DNA of 64,000 nucleotides from the NCBI GenBank assembly GCA_963777505.1, contig CAVZQN010000006.1:192001-256000 (forward strand), read 5' to 3'. Under the pieces are notes generated by a model. That model made no database searches, was not told the origin of the DNA, and saw nothing but the letters and a program-made list of their open reading frames with translations. The position numbers and the translations under genes are program-made. Source of the stretch: an uncultured bacterium. Its GTDB lineage: Bacteria; Acidobacteriota; HRBIN11; JAKEFK01. Shown one piece after another: positions 28,036-38,155 of this stretch (position 1 is its first letter; every line of letters begins with the position of its first letter).

Positions 28036-30438
28036 TTACTGAATGTAACCTAGCGAACGAAGTCGTTCTATTTCTTCCGGACTCATATTGGAAGTGCTAT
28101 CAGTATCGGACTTCAATTTGACTGAAACAGCTTTTTCCTTCCAGAGTTTCAATTCTTTTGCGAGCTGTTCGACAATTTTCGGATTTTGTTCCGCAATATT
28201 TGTTTGATCCAGCGGATCCTTGTTCCTATCGAACAATTCAAATTCCGGCTGACCTTCTTGACGAACGGTATGATGCACTAATTTCCATTGTCCTGAAATG
28301 ATTGAATAGGCTTCGGAGTTGAAAGGCGGAGGATTACCATGACCATCGACTGTGTTCGCGCGTTCTGACATTGCCGGACGTTCCCTCCAACTTGAACCTG
28401 CCTCTGCCATGTTACCGTTTCGCAAAGGCTGAATGAGCGGCACCATGCTTTGACCCTGCATTTCTTTCGGACCTTTTAATCCACAAAGTTCTAAAATCGT
28501 CGGCATTACATCCAGATTTTCAACAGTCTCTTTAACAACCTTATCTTTAGGCAGAAATTCAGGACTCCAAAAAAGAAGCGCAGTGTTGGTCAGTTCGCTA
28601 TATACCGATTGACCATGAAAAGACGCACCATGCTCAAGAAACTCTTCACCGTGATCTGAAGCAAATACAATCAACGTGTTTTTATCCAATTGAAGATGGC
28701 GCAATCGTTCGATAAGACGTCCTATTTCTGAATCCATTCCGCGGATCGCACCATCATAAAGATTTTTGTTGTGTTCTGTGTATTTTTTTGGATCGATGCC
28801 TGCTTTTATCAGTTCAGCTTTGTTTGGCATCTTAAACATTTTTGTTAAAGGATCGGTCATCACTTCTAAAACCTTTTCAGTTTCCTTCTGATGCTGCTTA
28901 TCGTAGTTTGGATCAGCCCACATCGTATCGTAGGGAGGCCGCGGCTTGTAAGGATCGTGCGGATCAAATAAATGTAAGAACACAAAAAAGGGCACAGAAC
29001 GATGAGATTCCAGCCAGGGCATAAGTCGATCAACGTATTCACGCGAGATTTTGCTGGAAGTTAAATCAGAAAGAGAAACATCTTCGTTGACTTCTTCGAA
29101 TCCCTGATGAAGATTTGTAAATTTCCCGGTAAACAGAACGCCCGTGAAATTAAGTGTGGCGTAACCGGAATCATAAAAAACTTCAGCCATAGTCGTAGCT
29201 GAAGAAGGCAGCCTGTCATAGAATTCGTGAACACCATTCGAAAGCGGATATAGGGATGTCATCATTGAAGGAGTCGAAACTTTTGTCCATGTTGCCTGGG
29301 AAATAGAATCCTTAAAAGTGACTCCCTCGCGTGCCATTTTTGCCAGGTGCGGTGATGTTTCGCGTTTATATCCATAAAAGCTCAAATGATCCGGACGCAG
29401 TGTGTCTGCCCAAATCAGAATTACATTTTGAGGCTTATCGACCTTTTCTTTTTCTTGCCTTCCATTCCGGATTACTGGGTTTCCCCAAATTCCAATCGTC
29501 CCCTTTTTTTCTGAGGTTAATGCCAATCGGAGCATTGCACTTTCACCAGCATACCGTGACAGATTGATCCTGTTTCGATCCCAGTGCTGCGGCATTGTGA
29601 TCGTCTTTTCAAGTAATGGTATTTCTGATTTTGATCCTTTTCTTTCTAAATAGACCCTAAAAGTAACGGGATAATTTTCGACAGTTCCGAGATTCAATTC
29701 CAACTCTGGATGTTCAGATAACGTTATAGGAATATTCAATTTCTCTGGAGTATGCATGACAACAGACTCTTGAAAAATTCCGGAAAGTCCCTGCCAACTC
29801 AAACCTGTAGGAATGCTGGCAAGATGATCCTTACGGAGAATTAGTTTTATGAATTCGATCTCGAAGGTTGAACCCGATGCATTCGTAGGTTGAATAAAAA
29901 TGTTTCTTGTCTTTTTGGATAAAGTTGTAATAGGGCTTGTAAGAACAATATTTTGGAAATGTTCGCCGGCGGCGATACTTTTCGAATCCCAGGCCGAAAA
30001 CGCTCTGTAATCCAGGACTGCTTTTAATGAAGGATCCTTTTCTCCTGAAAAAGAAAATGAAACATGATTACCTGCTGAAACTCGAAGCCGAATTTCGAGC
30101 GAATGAAAAAGATCGTTCTCATCGAATGAAGTTCTTTGCAGGTTGATTATTGGTAAATCGCTAGTGCTACGCCCCTTAAGGATGCCATTTTCTATTTTCA
30201 AATCGGAAACATCAGCATACGCTGTCCACCCTCCTGTGGAACCTGATTCTGCTGAGATCTTGCTAAAGCGCCATTCAGCCGGAATTGATTTTTCTACGGA
30301 CGTTTGTCCTTGCAAATTCTCCTTTTTATACAGGTGAGTGAGACGTGTTGAATGCGGTGAAGGCGGAGAAGTTTTACAAGCTACAGCGGAACAAATAAGT
30401 CCAATGAATAGAAGGAACGCCAGGAGTCGGCTTTTCAT
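28036..30438 (-). CDS. Sulfatase-like (alkaline phosphatase superfamily) lipoprotein
   Basis: Lipobox-like AVAC; DTLRPDH, DPHDPY, SDHGEEF, HG; C-terminal LRSLGY; WTKVS in place of the C/SxPxR motif. Confidence 0.85.
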   Translation of the reverse strand: MKSRLLAFLLFIGLICSAVACKTSPPSPHSTRLTHLYKKENLQGQTSVEKSIPAEWRFSKISAESGSTGGWTAYADVSDLKIENGILKGRSTSDLPIINLQRTSFDENDLFHSLEIRLRVSAGNHVSFSFSGEKDPSLKAVLDYRAFSAWDSKSIAAGEHFQNIVLTSPITTLSKKTRNIFIQPTNASGSTFEIEFIKLILRKDHLASIPTGLSWQGLSGIFQESVVMHTPEKLNIPITLSEHPELELNLGTVENYPVTFRVYLERKGSKSEIPLLEKTITMPQHWDRNRINLSRYAGESAMLRLALTSEKKGTIGIWGNPVIRNGRQEKEKVDKPQNVILIWADTLRPDHLSFYGYKRETSPHLAKMAREGVTFKDSISQATWTKVSTPSMMTSLYPLSNGVHEFYDRLPSSATTMAEVFYDSGYATLNFTGVLFTGKFTNLHQGFEEVNEDVSLSDLTSSKISREYVDRLMPWLESHRSVPFFVFLHLFDPHDPYKPRPPYDTMWADPNYDKQHQKETEKVLEVMTDPLTKMFKMPNKAELIKAGIDPKKYTEHNKNLYDGAIRGMDSEIGRLIERLRHLQLDKNTLIVFASDHGEEFLEHGASFHGQSVYSELTNTALLFWSPEFLPKDKVVKETVENLDVMPTILELCGLKGPKEMQGQSMVPLIQPLRNGNMAEAGSSWRERPAMSERANTVDGHGNPPPFNSEAYSIISGQWKLVHHTVRQEGQPEFELFDRNKDPLDQTNIAEQNPKIVEQLAKELKLWKEKAVSVKLKSDTDSTSNMSPEEIERLRSLGYIQ

Positions 30439-30510
30439 ATGCGGATTATATTACGACTGAGTAGAATAAAAAGTATGGTGGCTGCAACAAACAGGTGGGA
30501 GATTTTTATT

Positions 30511-31110
30511 ATGAAAAAAATATTTTTAGCTTTGTTCCTGATTAGTTTTTCTTTTGCTTCATCCGGGTTTACCGCCAACGAAAAAACTGCGAAGGCTACA
30601 TTTGCCGGAGGTTGCTTCTGGTGTATGGAAGAACCATTCGATCGCCTCGATGGTGTTATCTCTAGCACCTCAGGTTACACAGATGGACAGAAAAAAGATC
30701 CAACTTATGAACAGGTTTCAATGGGCGGTACAGGGCACGCTGAAGCGGTCCAGATAGTCTACGATCCCACGAAAATATCCTACGAAAAATTGTTGGAAGT
30801 TTTTTGGTTAAATGTCGATCCGCCGGACGGTCATGGACAATTTTGTGATCGTGGGGATCAATATCGCACAGGAATTTATTATCACGATGAAAAACAAAAG
30901 GCGCTTGCAGAAAAATCGAAACAAGAAAAAGCAAAGCTTCTGAAGAAACCGATTGTCACACCAATTACTGCTGCAACTCAATTTTATCCAGCGGAAGAGT
31001 ATCATCAGGATTTTTATAAGAAGAGTTCACTCCGCTATAAGTCCTACAGGATGGGCTGTGGCCGTGATCGAAGATTACAGGAGCTGTGGGGTGCTGCTGC
31101 AAAACACTGA
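30511..31110 (+). CDS. msrA: Peptide-methionine (S)-S-oxide reductase with signal peptide
   Basis: GGCFWC, GHAEAV, GDQYRT, AEEYHQDFY; signal MKKIFLALFLISFSFA. Confidence 0.95.
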   Translation: MKKIFLALFLISFSFASSGFTANEKTAKATFAGGCFWCMEEPFDRLDGVISSTSGYTDGQKKDPTYEQVSMGGTGHAEAVQIVYDPTKISYEKLLEVFWLNVDPPDGHGQFCDRGDQYRTGIYYHDEKQKALAEKSKQEKAKLLKKPIVTPITAATQFYPAEEYHQDFYKKSSLRYKSYRMGCGRDRRLQELWGAAAKH

Positions 31111-31160
31111 AACGCGAAGAATTGCCGGTACGCTCATAACGCTATCCTAAAGCCTGGACT

Positions 31161-31208
31161 ACCGACAAATAAATATGTCTTGACAAATTATTTTGTCGGT
31201 TTTATTCT
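31161..31208 (+). promoter_or_regulatory. Sigma-70 promoter overlapped by two GACA-N8-TGTC operator boxes
   Basis: TTGACA (31180)-17 nt-TATTCT (31203); boxes GACAAATAAATATGTC (31164-31179) and GACAAATTATTTTGTC (31182-31197). Confidence 0.75.
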
Positions 31209-31214
31209 TTTTTC

Positions 31215-31841
31215 ATGGCAAAGGATGCAGCGTCGTTAAACCTGATTGAAGACGGACGCAGTGCGGCGGCAGTTCTTAATCCACTTCGATTGCAAATCTT
31301 AGAGGGACTGAGTGAACCTGATTCAGCTTCCGGCCTTGCTCGGCGTTTCGGAATTCCCAGACAAAAAATCAACTATCATTTGCGCGAACTGGAAAAACAT
31401 GGACTGCTTGAGCCAGTTGAAGAGCGTCGTAAAGGCAACTGCACCGAACGGATTGTGCGAGCTACGGCGCGCGCATATTTGATTACACCGGAAGCGCTTG
31501 GTCCTCTTGCGGCCGATCCTGAAAAAATTCAGGACCAATTTTCTTCAATCTATCTTGTTGCAGTTGCTGCACGCGCCATCCAGGAACTCTCACTGTTGCG
31601 TTCAAAAGCAGATGAAGCCAATAAAAAAGTAGCAACACTCACATTACAAACTTCCATCCGGTTTGCATCAACAAAAGATCGGAACGCATTTGCCGAAGAG
31701 TTATCAAATTGCATCGCGCGACTGACTGCAAAATATCACAATGAGAAATCATCCACAGGTCGAACATTCCGATTGATTGCCGCTTCGTATCCGGCGATCA
31801 CCAAGAATTTGAAAAAATCAGAACAGGAAAAGAAGTCATGA
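31215..31841 (+). CDS. ArsR-like winged-HTH transcriptional regulator
   Basis: PLRLQILEGL..SASGLARRFGIPRQKINYHLRELEKHGL. Confidence 0.88.
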   Translation: MAKDAASLNLIEDGRSAAAVLNPLRLQILEGLSEPDSASGLARRFGIPRQKINYHLRELEKHGLLEPVEERRKGNCTERIVRATARAYLITPEALGPLAADPEKIQDQFSSIYLVAVAARAIQELSLLRSKADEANKKVATLTLQTSIRFASTKDRNAFAEELSNCIARLTAKYHNEKSSTGRTFRLIAASYPAITKNLKKSEQEKKS

Positions 31842-32731
31842 TCCAGGAAAAGAAATCATCTCCAACACGCTCAATTGAACGCACAATTGAAATCAATGCG
31901 CCTGCAGAAAAAGTTTGGAAGGCATTAACCGATGCGCAGGAATTGATGCGCTGGTTTCCGCTCGATGCACGTGTTACACCAGGAAAAGGCGGCACAATCT
32001 ATTTTTCCTGGGGGCCTCCATATCAAGGAAACAATGAAATTCAAATTTGGGAGCAAAATCGTCATTTAAGAATCGCTGATAATTGGAGCGAGCATTCGCA
32101 GGGTGAAAAAGTCCAGGAGACTGAAAAAGATATTCCAGCGCAAGTTGCAATGGACTTTGAATTGGAGAATGCCGGCAGTAAAACAATCCTGAGGCTCGTC
32201 CATTCAGGCTTTGGAGCCGACACGGATTGGGAAGATGAGTTTGATGCAACCAGTCGTGGCTGGATTTTTGAGCTTAAGAATTTGAAGCACTATCTTGAAA
32301 ACCACGAAGGAAGTACGCGTCAAGTAATTTGGGCGCGCACTCTTTTGATGAACACACGGGAAGAAGTTTGGATGCGCATTATGAGTCAAGAAGGCTTCTT
32401 GCAGGAAGGCTCCATTGAAGGTTTACGCCAGGGTGACTCGTATTCGATTAAGACCGCTGGCGGGTTTGAGTTCAAAGGCAGAGTCATTTTGAACAAACCG
32501 CCGGTCGAATTTTATGGAACCGTTGAAAGCTTCAATAATGCTATTTTTTGTTTCCGTATTGAACGAGGCACTGCTTGCGGAATTCCAAGGGATGCAGATC
32601 TGGACTCTCTCAAAAAGCAGGTTCAGCCGAATTTATGGCTTTCATTGTGGGATCAACCGAACCACTTACAGGTTGATATTCAAGCTGCCTGGACACGCTA
32701 TCTGACGAAACAGTTTCCCGATGCGAAATGA
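31838..32731 (+). CDS. SRPBCC/AHSA1-domain protein
   Basis: IEINAPAEKVWKALTD..WF, LRLVHSGF, GWIFELKNLKHYLE; ATGA overlap with the regulator. Confidence 0.85.
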   Translation: MIQEKKSSPTRSIERTIEINAPAEKVWKALTDAQELMRWFPLDARVTPGKGGTIYFSWGPPYQGNNEIQIWEQNRHLRIADNWSEHSQGEKVQETEKDIPAQVAMDFELENAGSKTILRLVHSGFGADTDWEDEFDATSRGWIFELKNLKHYLENHEGSTRQVIWARTLLMNTREEVWMRIMSQEGFLQEGSIEGLRQGDSYSIKTAGGFEFKGRVILNKPPVEFYGTVESFNNAIFCFRIERGTACGIPRDADLDSLKKQVQPNLWLSLWDQPNHLQVDIQAAWTRYLTKQFPDAK

Positions 32732-32740
32732 TTGGCGATA

Positions 32741-32774
32741 GCAGGGTCGGGTCTAAGGCCCGCCCCACCCCTAC
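32741..32774. repeat. Degenerate GTAG-type REP (same family as 5021)
   Basis: GCAGGGTCGGGTCTAAGGCCCGCCC..CCCCTAC resembles GTAGGGGCGGGTCTAAGACCCGCCC. Confidence 0.65.
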
Positions 32775-32807
32775 CGAGAATGCCGGTTGCGATCTAATAT
32801 TTGATGT

Positions 32808-33683
32808 ATGAAAAGAGCAACCGTATTGTCAGCATTTCTCTTATTCTTTTTTACCCTGACTGTTCATCCAGTTGAGGATTCATTCCGAAAATACTGGTAT
32901 CAGGGGAAGGCAGAATTAACCCGGTACAATCTTCAACAAGCTCGCTATGGAGAGGTGCATCAAGGTGAAGCTGTTCTGGTTTTTGTCACCGAACCTTTCT
33001 TAAATGCCAAACAGGTGAAGTATGAGCATGGTGATAAAACCGGCTCGCAGTCTGTGTTGAAACTCAATTTCACTCGCAAATTTTATACAGGCATCTATCC
33101 CTATTCGATGATGACTTCAGTGTTTACGCCAGTTGATTATCAGAAGTCGCGTACGCTCAAAATCACTACATCAAGCCAGGAATGGTGCGGCCATACATTT
33201 ACGCAAATGAACCTGCGTGATAAAGGTTATGAAGTTTTGGTGCGTTCCTATTTTCAAGATGAAGCAGATCAGAATTTCAACATTTCGCAAGCGTGGTTAG
33301 AAGATGAACTCTGGACCCGCATTCGCCTCGCACCCGAAACTCTTCCAACAGGTGACGTCGAAATTGTTCCCGGCCTACAGTTTGTGCGTTTGTGGCACAA
33401 GAATGCAAAACCGGTGAAGGCCTCAGCCAAAATAACTCAAGAAGGAAAACTAAAACTGTACACGATCAACTACCCGGAAATTAACAGGCAATTAAAAATA
33501 CAATTTCAAAATGATTTTCCATATGAGATTGTCTATTGGGAAGAGACTCAGCCGGGTGGTTTTGGCGGGAGCGCTCCTTTAACAACCAAAGCTACAAAAA
33601 CGAAAAGTATTTTGCTTGATTACTGGAATCATAACGGAAATGAAGATGCTCACTATCGTAAGGAACTTGGTTTAACGCAATAG
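32808..33683 (+). CDS. Uncharacterised exported protein
   Basis: Signal peptide; 291-aa ORF with YWYQGKAE, FVTEPF, SSQEWCGH segments; function not recognised. Confidence 0.75.
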   Translation: MKRATVLSAFLLFFFTLTVHPVEDSFRKYWYQGKAELTRYNLQQARYGEVHQGEAVLVFVTEPFLNAKQVKYEHGDKTGSQSVLKLNFTRKFYTGIYPYSMMTSVFTPVDYQKSRTLKITTSSQEWCGHTFTQMNLRDKGYEVLVRSYFQDEADQNFNISQAWLEDELWTRIRLAPETLPTGDVEIVPGLQFVRLWHKNAKPVKASAKITQEGKLKLYTINYPEINRQLKIQFQNDFPYEIVYWEETQPGGFGGSAPLTTKATKTKSILLDYWNHNGNEDAHYRKELGLTQ

Positions 33684-33690
33684 TGAGAAA

Positions 33691-35544
33691 CTAACGGTTA
33701 ATCCGCACAAACATACGCCGCGTTTTTCCATAAATTTCTTTGTCTCCTTGCGACATTATGACTGCGACTTCTAGAATGAAATCTCCTTGACGATCCGGTG
33801 TTTCGGTTTGTGCAAGAAACGGATAAGACTCTCCGGGAAAAACGTTGAATCGCAGTCTTCTTCGCACTGTCAATCGCTCGAGCAGAAGTTCTTTTCGATA
33901 CCAGTTCAACGCAATACTTACATTTCCAGCCTTTCGAAGTCGACCATATTTCCAAACCGCATTGCCGGTGTTGATTGCTTCCATATGAAAAGAAAACTCT
34001 CTAGATGGTTTCATCTGAGTCCTTTCAGGTAGATCCACTCTGATATCGGAGCCAAACAATTCTGGATGCGTTTGAGTTGTCGGTTTATTCATCAAACGAA
34101 TCTGCATCGTATCGATTGACCGCCGTGGAGAGTTGACCAACTGATTGTCATTCCATATCCATGCATGTTGCGGATTGGAATCAATGTCAAAGTCTGCATT
34201 CCAAAACGGATCATTTGCGTATGCGCCGATTGCATGAGCGCTAAAAGAACAGAAAACCAGAAGAGCAAATACTGCTTTGACCCATCGCAGCTTAAGAAGT
34301 GGAATTACAAAGATAAGGAATGAACATAAGATGGGTGTTAGATCGGCCAGTAAACGAGGACCGTATGTAAATCCGCCCCACCACATAAAAAACTTGCTAT
34401 AAAGAATGAGATTCGCAATGACGCCGATACTTAAATAACGAAAAAACAAATCTCCATCTTTTCTCCATGTCAGAATGATTCCAATCAATGAAAAGATGAA
34501 AATAGGTGAGTAAATCAAAAGACCCCGAGCAGGGCTAAACAGAATACTGGCCAGGCCTTCGAAAAACGGAGTGGACCAGAAACTTGCATCCATCACATTC
34601 CATTGTGTACGAAAGAAATTATCAAAATAAACCTTGTTGTAGATGAGTTGGAATAAGACCGGCGGAATTCCAGTCAACATCAATTTCGGAAATTGGCGCG
34701 TACGATGAAATAAAACGTAAAGACCAACAGGTATGATCAGCAAAGCGTCTGTTGGACGGCACATAACGGCAAGGCTTGCTGGAAAGCCAGCAAGAGCCGT
34801 CCACAAATGTTGTTGTGAACCACGAACAATACAATACAAAACTGCGCTTAAACAAAGCTGACTTGCACCATGTTGCCAGAGTGCTTGACTGCTCACGCTA
34901 AATGAACTTGTCGCAAGGGCATAAATCGCTGCAATCATCAAAGCTATATTTCGCGATGAAAGACGCAGTATCGTGAAATACAAAACAATTACGGATAGCA
35001 CGACCGTGATTGAAGCTGCGAGTTTCTCTAGATCGGAAGAAATCCAGCTGTTTGGAGGAACATCGCCAACAGCGGAAAGAAAATAATATGGAAGCGCAAA
35101 AATCGCAGCGCCGACAGGATAGGAGGATAAGTAATGTGACCCTATTTTTATCAGGCCAGAACGATCCGCCCGTGGATGAAGATTGCGAAATTCATCAAGA
35201 TCAAAATCTCCCTCACGCAATATACTGAATGGTAAATAACGCGCAGGTGCTGTATCGCTTGCTGCAGCGGTCATGTAATTCCCTGAATACAGCATCACCA
35301 CAATACAAATCAGGAGAACAAGAGAATTTTCGCGTATGACTTCCTTAAATGAGTTTCCCTGTTTAAGAAGTGTGTATGTGAAAATCAGGACACATAAAAT
35401 GAGGATGACTGATGCAGGCCGCACACGCTCATTGAATCCAGCTAGCTGAAAATATCCGCCTTGATAAAGAATGATCAGCAAACCAAGAAACACAAACGCA
35501 ATTAAAAAAAGAAGTGAAACGCGAACGATATTTTTGAATCGCAT
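33691..35544 (-). CDS. Polytopic GT-C-fold (PMT/GT39-like) glycosyltransferase with a soluble C-terminal domain
   Basis: Many TM helices; SQALWQHG, CRP, SPARGLLIYSP, WWGGFTYGPR. Confidence 0.7.
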   Translation of the reverse strand: MRFKNIVRVSLLFLIAFVFLGLLIILYQGGYFQLAGFNERVRPASVILILCVLIFTYTLLKQGNSFKEVIRENSLVLLICIVVMLYSGNYMTAAASDTAPARYLPFSILREGDFDLDEFRNLHPRADRSGLIKIGSHYLSSYPVGAAIFALPYYFLSAVGDVPPNSWISSDLEKLAASITVVLSVIVLYFTILRLSSRNIALMIAAIYALATSSFSVSSQALWQHGASQLCLSAVLYCIVRGSQQHLWTALAGFPASLAVMCRPTDALLIIPVGLYVLFHRTRQFPKLMLTGIPPVLFQLIYNKVYFDNFFRTQWNVMDASFWSTPFFEGLASILFSPARGLLIYSPIFIFSLIGIILTWRKDGDLFFRYLSIGVIANLILYSKFFMWWGGFTYGPRLLADLTPILCSFLIFVIPLLKLRWVKAVFALLVFCSFSAHAIGAYANDPFWNADFDIDSNPQHAWIWNDNQLVNSPRRSIDTMQIRLMNKPTTQTHPELFGSDIRVDLPERTQMKPSREFSFHMEAINTGNAVWKYGRLRKAGNVSIALNWYRKELLLERLTVRRRLRFNVFPGESYPFLAQTETPDRQGDFILEVAVIMSQGDKEIYGKTRRMFVRINR

Positions 35545-35624
35545 TGTTCAAATAACAGAGTCACAGATTGATTTTAAGATATTATTGCTGGATGAACCCA
35601 ATGAGCGTGAGTTTCAAATCATAC

Positions 35625-38054
35625 ATGAAGAACTCGATCCCAATCATCTTATTCTTCGCAATAGTGTTCTCGTTTACATCTTTTACGAACGCTTATGACT
35701 TGCGGAATGCGCGCGTGGAACGCCTTGAAAATGGGCTAACAGTCATGATTCTTGAAGACCGGACGCAGCCTCTAGTAAGCACACAAGTCTTATATAAAGC
35801 CGGCGGCCGCAATGAATGTACCGGTGCTACCGGCCTCGCTCATTTTCTTGAACATATGGCATTTCGTTCTACAAAAAATTTTCCAGACACTCAAGTCGTC
35901 AGCAAAATTTATGCTGAAGGTGGAGAGTGGCACGGGTATACATGGATCGATCAGACAACGTATTTTGAAACAGTTCCTATAGAAGATTTGGATTTAGTTT
36001 TGCAGATTCAAGCTGACAGAATGGCTAATACTCTTATCAACGCGCCGGATGTTGAAACTGAACGTGGATCTGTAATGACAGAATTGCGCGGTTATGAAAA
36101 TGATCCTTCCTCAGTTTTGAGTGACGCTGTAATAGCGACTTCATTTCAACAGCATCCTTATCGATACAATGTGATCGGATGGCCCAGTGATGTTGAAAAA
36201 ATATCTCACAAAGATCTGGTAGATTTTTATGCGCGTTTTTATAGCCCTTCCAATGCTGTGCTTGCGATTTGCGGAGATATCACAACAACAGAGGCACTGT
36301 TTAAAGCTCAAAAGTACTTTTCAAAAATTCCAGGTACTGTAGCGCAATCCGAACCTCGCACAGTAGAACCTCCACAGATTGGTGAACGCAGAGTCACATT
36401 ACGGGGTCCAGGTTCCGTTCACTATTTCCAGATGAGCTGGCGCGCGCCTGCCGCAAGCGATCCGGATTATCCATCATTTTTATTGCTTCAATCGCTTCTG
36501 AGCGGAGCTTATGGCGTTAATTTCCGTCAGCGCAGTGATGCTGATGTTCGCAAAGGAACCAGATTGTACGGAATAAAAGGGAACCTGAAAACATACTTGT
36601 TTTCAAGCGCAGATCCTTATGTCTTTACAATTACTGGTTACATCAATGCATCTGAATCAAGGGAAAATATTGAGAAAGAAATTGAATCGAAAATCCGGGA
36701 ACTTAGAGAAAATCTAGTCCCGAATCAAGAACTTGAACATATAAAAACAGACTTTTTTTCAGAACTGATATTCGACGTTGAGACCACTGAAGATGCTGCA
36801 CATCAGATGGCGTTTTTCGAAGGAGTAAACGCATTTAATGTTCTGCAAAAACTCCCCGATTTGATTTCGAGAATTTCCGCGGAAGACATTCAGCGCACAG
36901 CCGAAAAATACCTTCAACCGCATCTGTGTACGATTGGATGGTACATCGCAGACGGCAAAAATATTTCACAAAATAGCACAACACCAATCAGGTTTGCCAA
37001 AGGAAAATCGCTGGAATCACCAGAATCTAAGAATCCTCCGGGGATTTTCCAACCTCGCACACGGACTTTGAAGAATGGAATTACCTTGATTGTTCAAAAG
37101 ATATCGCGCACACCAACAGGTTTTCTCCGCGCGGTTGTTCCTTCAAATGAAATTGAACCCGATGGGGATTATTCAAAAGACAATCCATTATGGGGATATA
37201 CATCCATTAATTCTAAGTTCTTAAAACAGCATGTAAACATTGCGGTCGCTGACATGCGCAAACTTTTTGATAAACCGTTTGCGCGAACGGAGTCAGATCC
37301 CACTCAACAAGATGATCCGGAATTCAGGCTGAACTCGACTTTGGAGCAAATGCTGAATCTGCAAAAACGCACAGCAAAAAATTCGCCGATTGTAATCGTA
37401 ATGACAGGTGATATTGAAGAAGAGGATGCATTCACGTTGCTTTCAGATGCATTTTCTAATTTTAGAAATCCGGGTAAAGCTTCTAGCAGTGCTTTTAAGG
37501 TAACGGAGCGCGAAAAAATCATTCGAATTCCAGGGAAGGCTCAATCACAACTTGGATATGCTGTGCCTGCTGCTTCTCCTTCGGATCCGGCTGCCTCAGC
37601 CTGGAAAATGCTGCGTTACATCATGGCTCATGATTACGAAGGAAGATTGGGAAAAGAATTAATTGGGCGACAGGGACTTTTATACGGAATTGAAAGTGGA
37701 TACCGCTCTGATGGAGAAAAAGGTTGGATCTCTATAACTACTGGCGTGAATCCGGAGAAGCTTTCCGTTGTTAAGCAGCGTTTTCAGGAAATAATGCGCG
37801 GACTCATTTCAAATCCACCCTCTTCTTCCGAAATTGCAGAAGCAAAAAATCATTTAATTGGGCGCCGTAAAACTGCGTATCAGAGCAATGATGAGATTTC
37901 AAGATTCATTGCTGCGGAATGGATTGAAAACGGTAAATTATTATCCCAACAAGAATTCGAGCGGCGAATCAATTCTGTTAGTGAAGAACAAGTACGCAAC
38001 CTTGTGCCAGCATTTTTAGCGGGTGTTACCGCAATCATCGATTGCAGTTTGTAG
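35625..38054 (+). CDS. M16 (pitrilysin-family) zinc peptidase, exported
   Basis: Signal peptide; inverted zinc motif HFLEH, ERGSVMTE, HPY, FYSPSNA. Confidence 0.9.
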   Translation: MKNSIPIILFFAIVFSFTSFTNAYDLRNARVERLENGLTVMILEDRTQPLVSTQVLYKAGGRNECTGATGLAHFLEHMAFRSTKNFPDTQVVSKIYAEGGEWHGYTWIDQTTYFETVPIEDLDLVLQIQADRMANTLINAPDVETERGSVMTELRGYENDPSSVLSDAVIATSFQQHPYRYNVIGWPSDVEKISHKDLVDFYARFYSPSNAVLAICGDITTTEALFKAQKYFSKIPGTVAQSEPRTVEPPQIGERRVTLRGPGSVHYFQMSWRAPAASDPDYPSFLLLQSLLSGAYGVNFRQRSDADVRKGTRLYGIKGNLKTYLFSSADPYVFTITGYINASESRENIEKEIESKIRELRENLVPNQELEHIKTDFFSELIFDVETTEDAAHQMAFFEGVNAFNVLQKLPDLISRISAEDIQRTAEKYLQPHLCTIGWYIADGKNISQNSTTPIRFAKGKSLESPESKNPPGIFQPRTRTLKNGITLIVQKISRTPTGFLRAVVPSNEIEPDGDYSKDNPLWGYTSINSKFLKQHVNIAVADMRKLFDKPFARTESDPTQQDDPEFRLNSTLEQMLNLQKRTAKNSPIVIVMTGDIEEEDAFTLLSDAFSNFRNPGKASSSAFKVTEREKIIRIPGKAQSQLGYAVPAASPSDPAASAWKMLRYIMAHDYEGRLGKELIGRQGLLYGIESGYRSDGEKGWISITTGVNPEKLSVVKQRFQEIMRGLISNPPSSSEIAEAKNHLIGRRKTAYQSNDEISRFIAAEWIENGKLLSQQEFERRINSVSEEQVRNLVPAFLAGVTAIIDCSL

Positions 38055-38155
38055 AAAGGCACGCCGCTGAAATCTGCCGAAGGCAGACGAAGCAGTGCCG
38101 TTAGAGTTCACGGCACTGCCTCGCATTCGCTCGGCTGCGTGCCTTACTACAAACT
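38046..38155. repeat. About 110-nt multi-hairpin REP/MITE-like element between convergent genes
   Basis: Outer IR AGTTTGTAGAAAGGCACGC / GCGTGCCTTACTACAAACT enclosing hairpins TCTGCC-GAA-GGCAGA and GCAGTGCCGT-N8-ACGGCACTGC. Confidence 0.85.
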
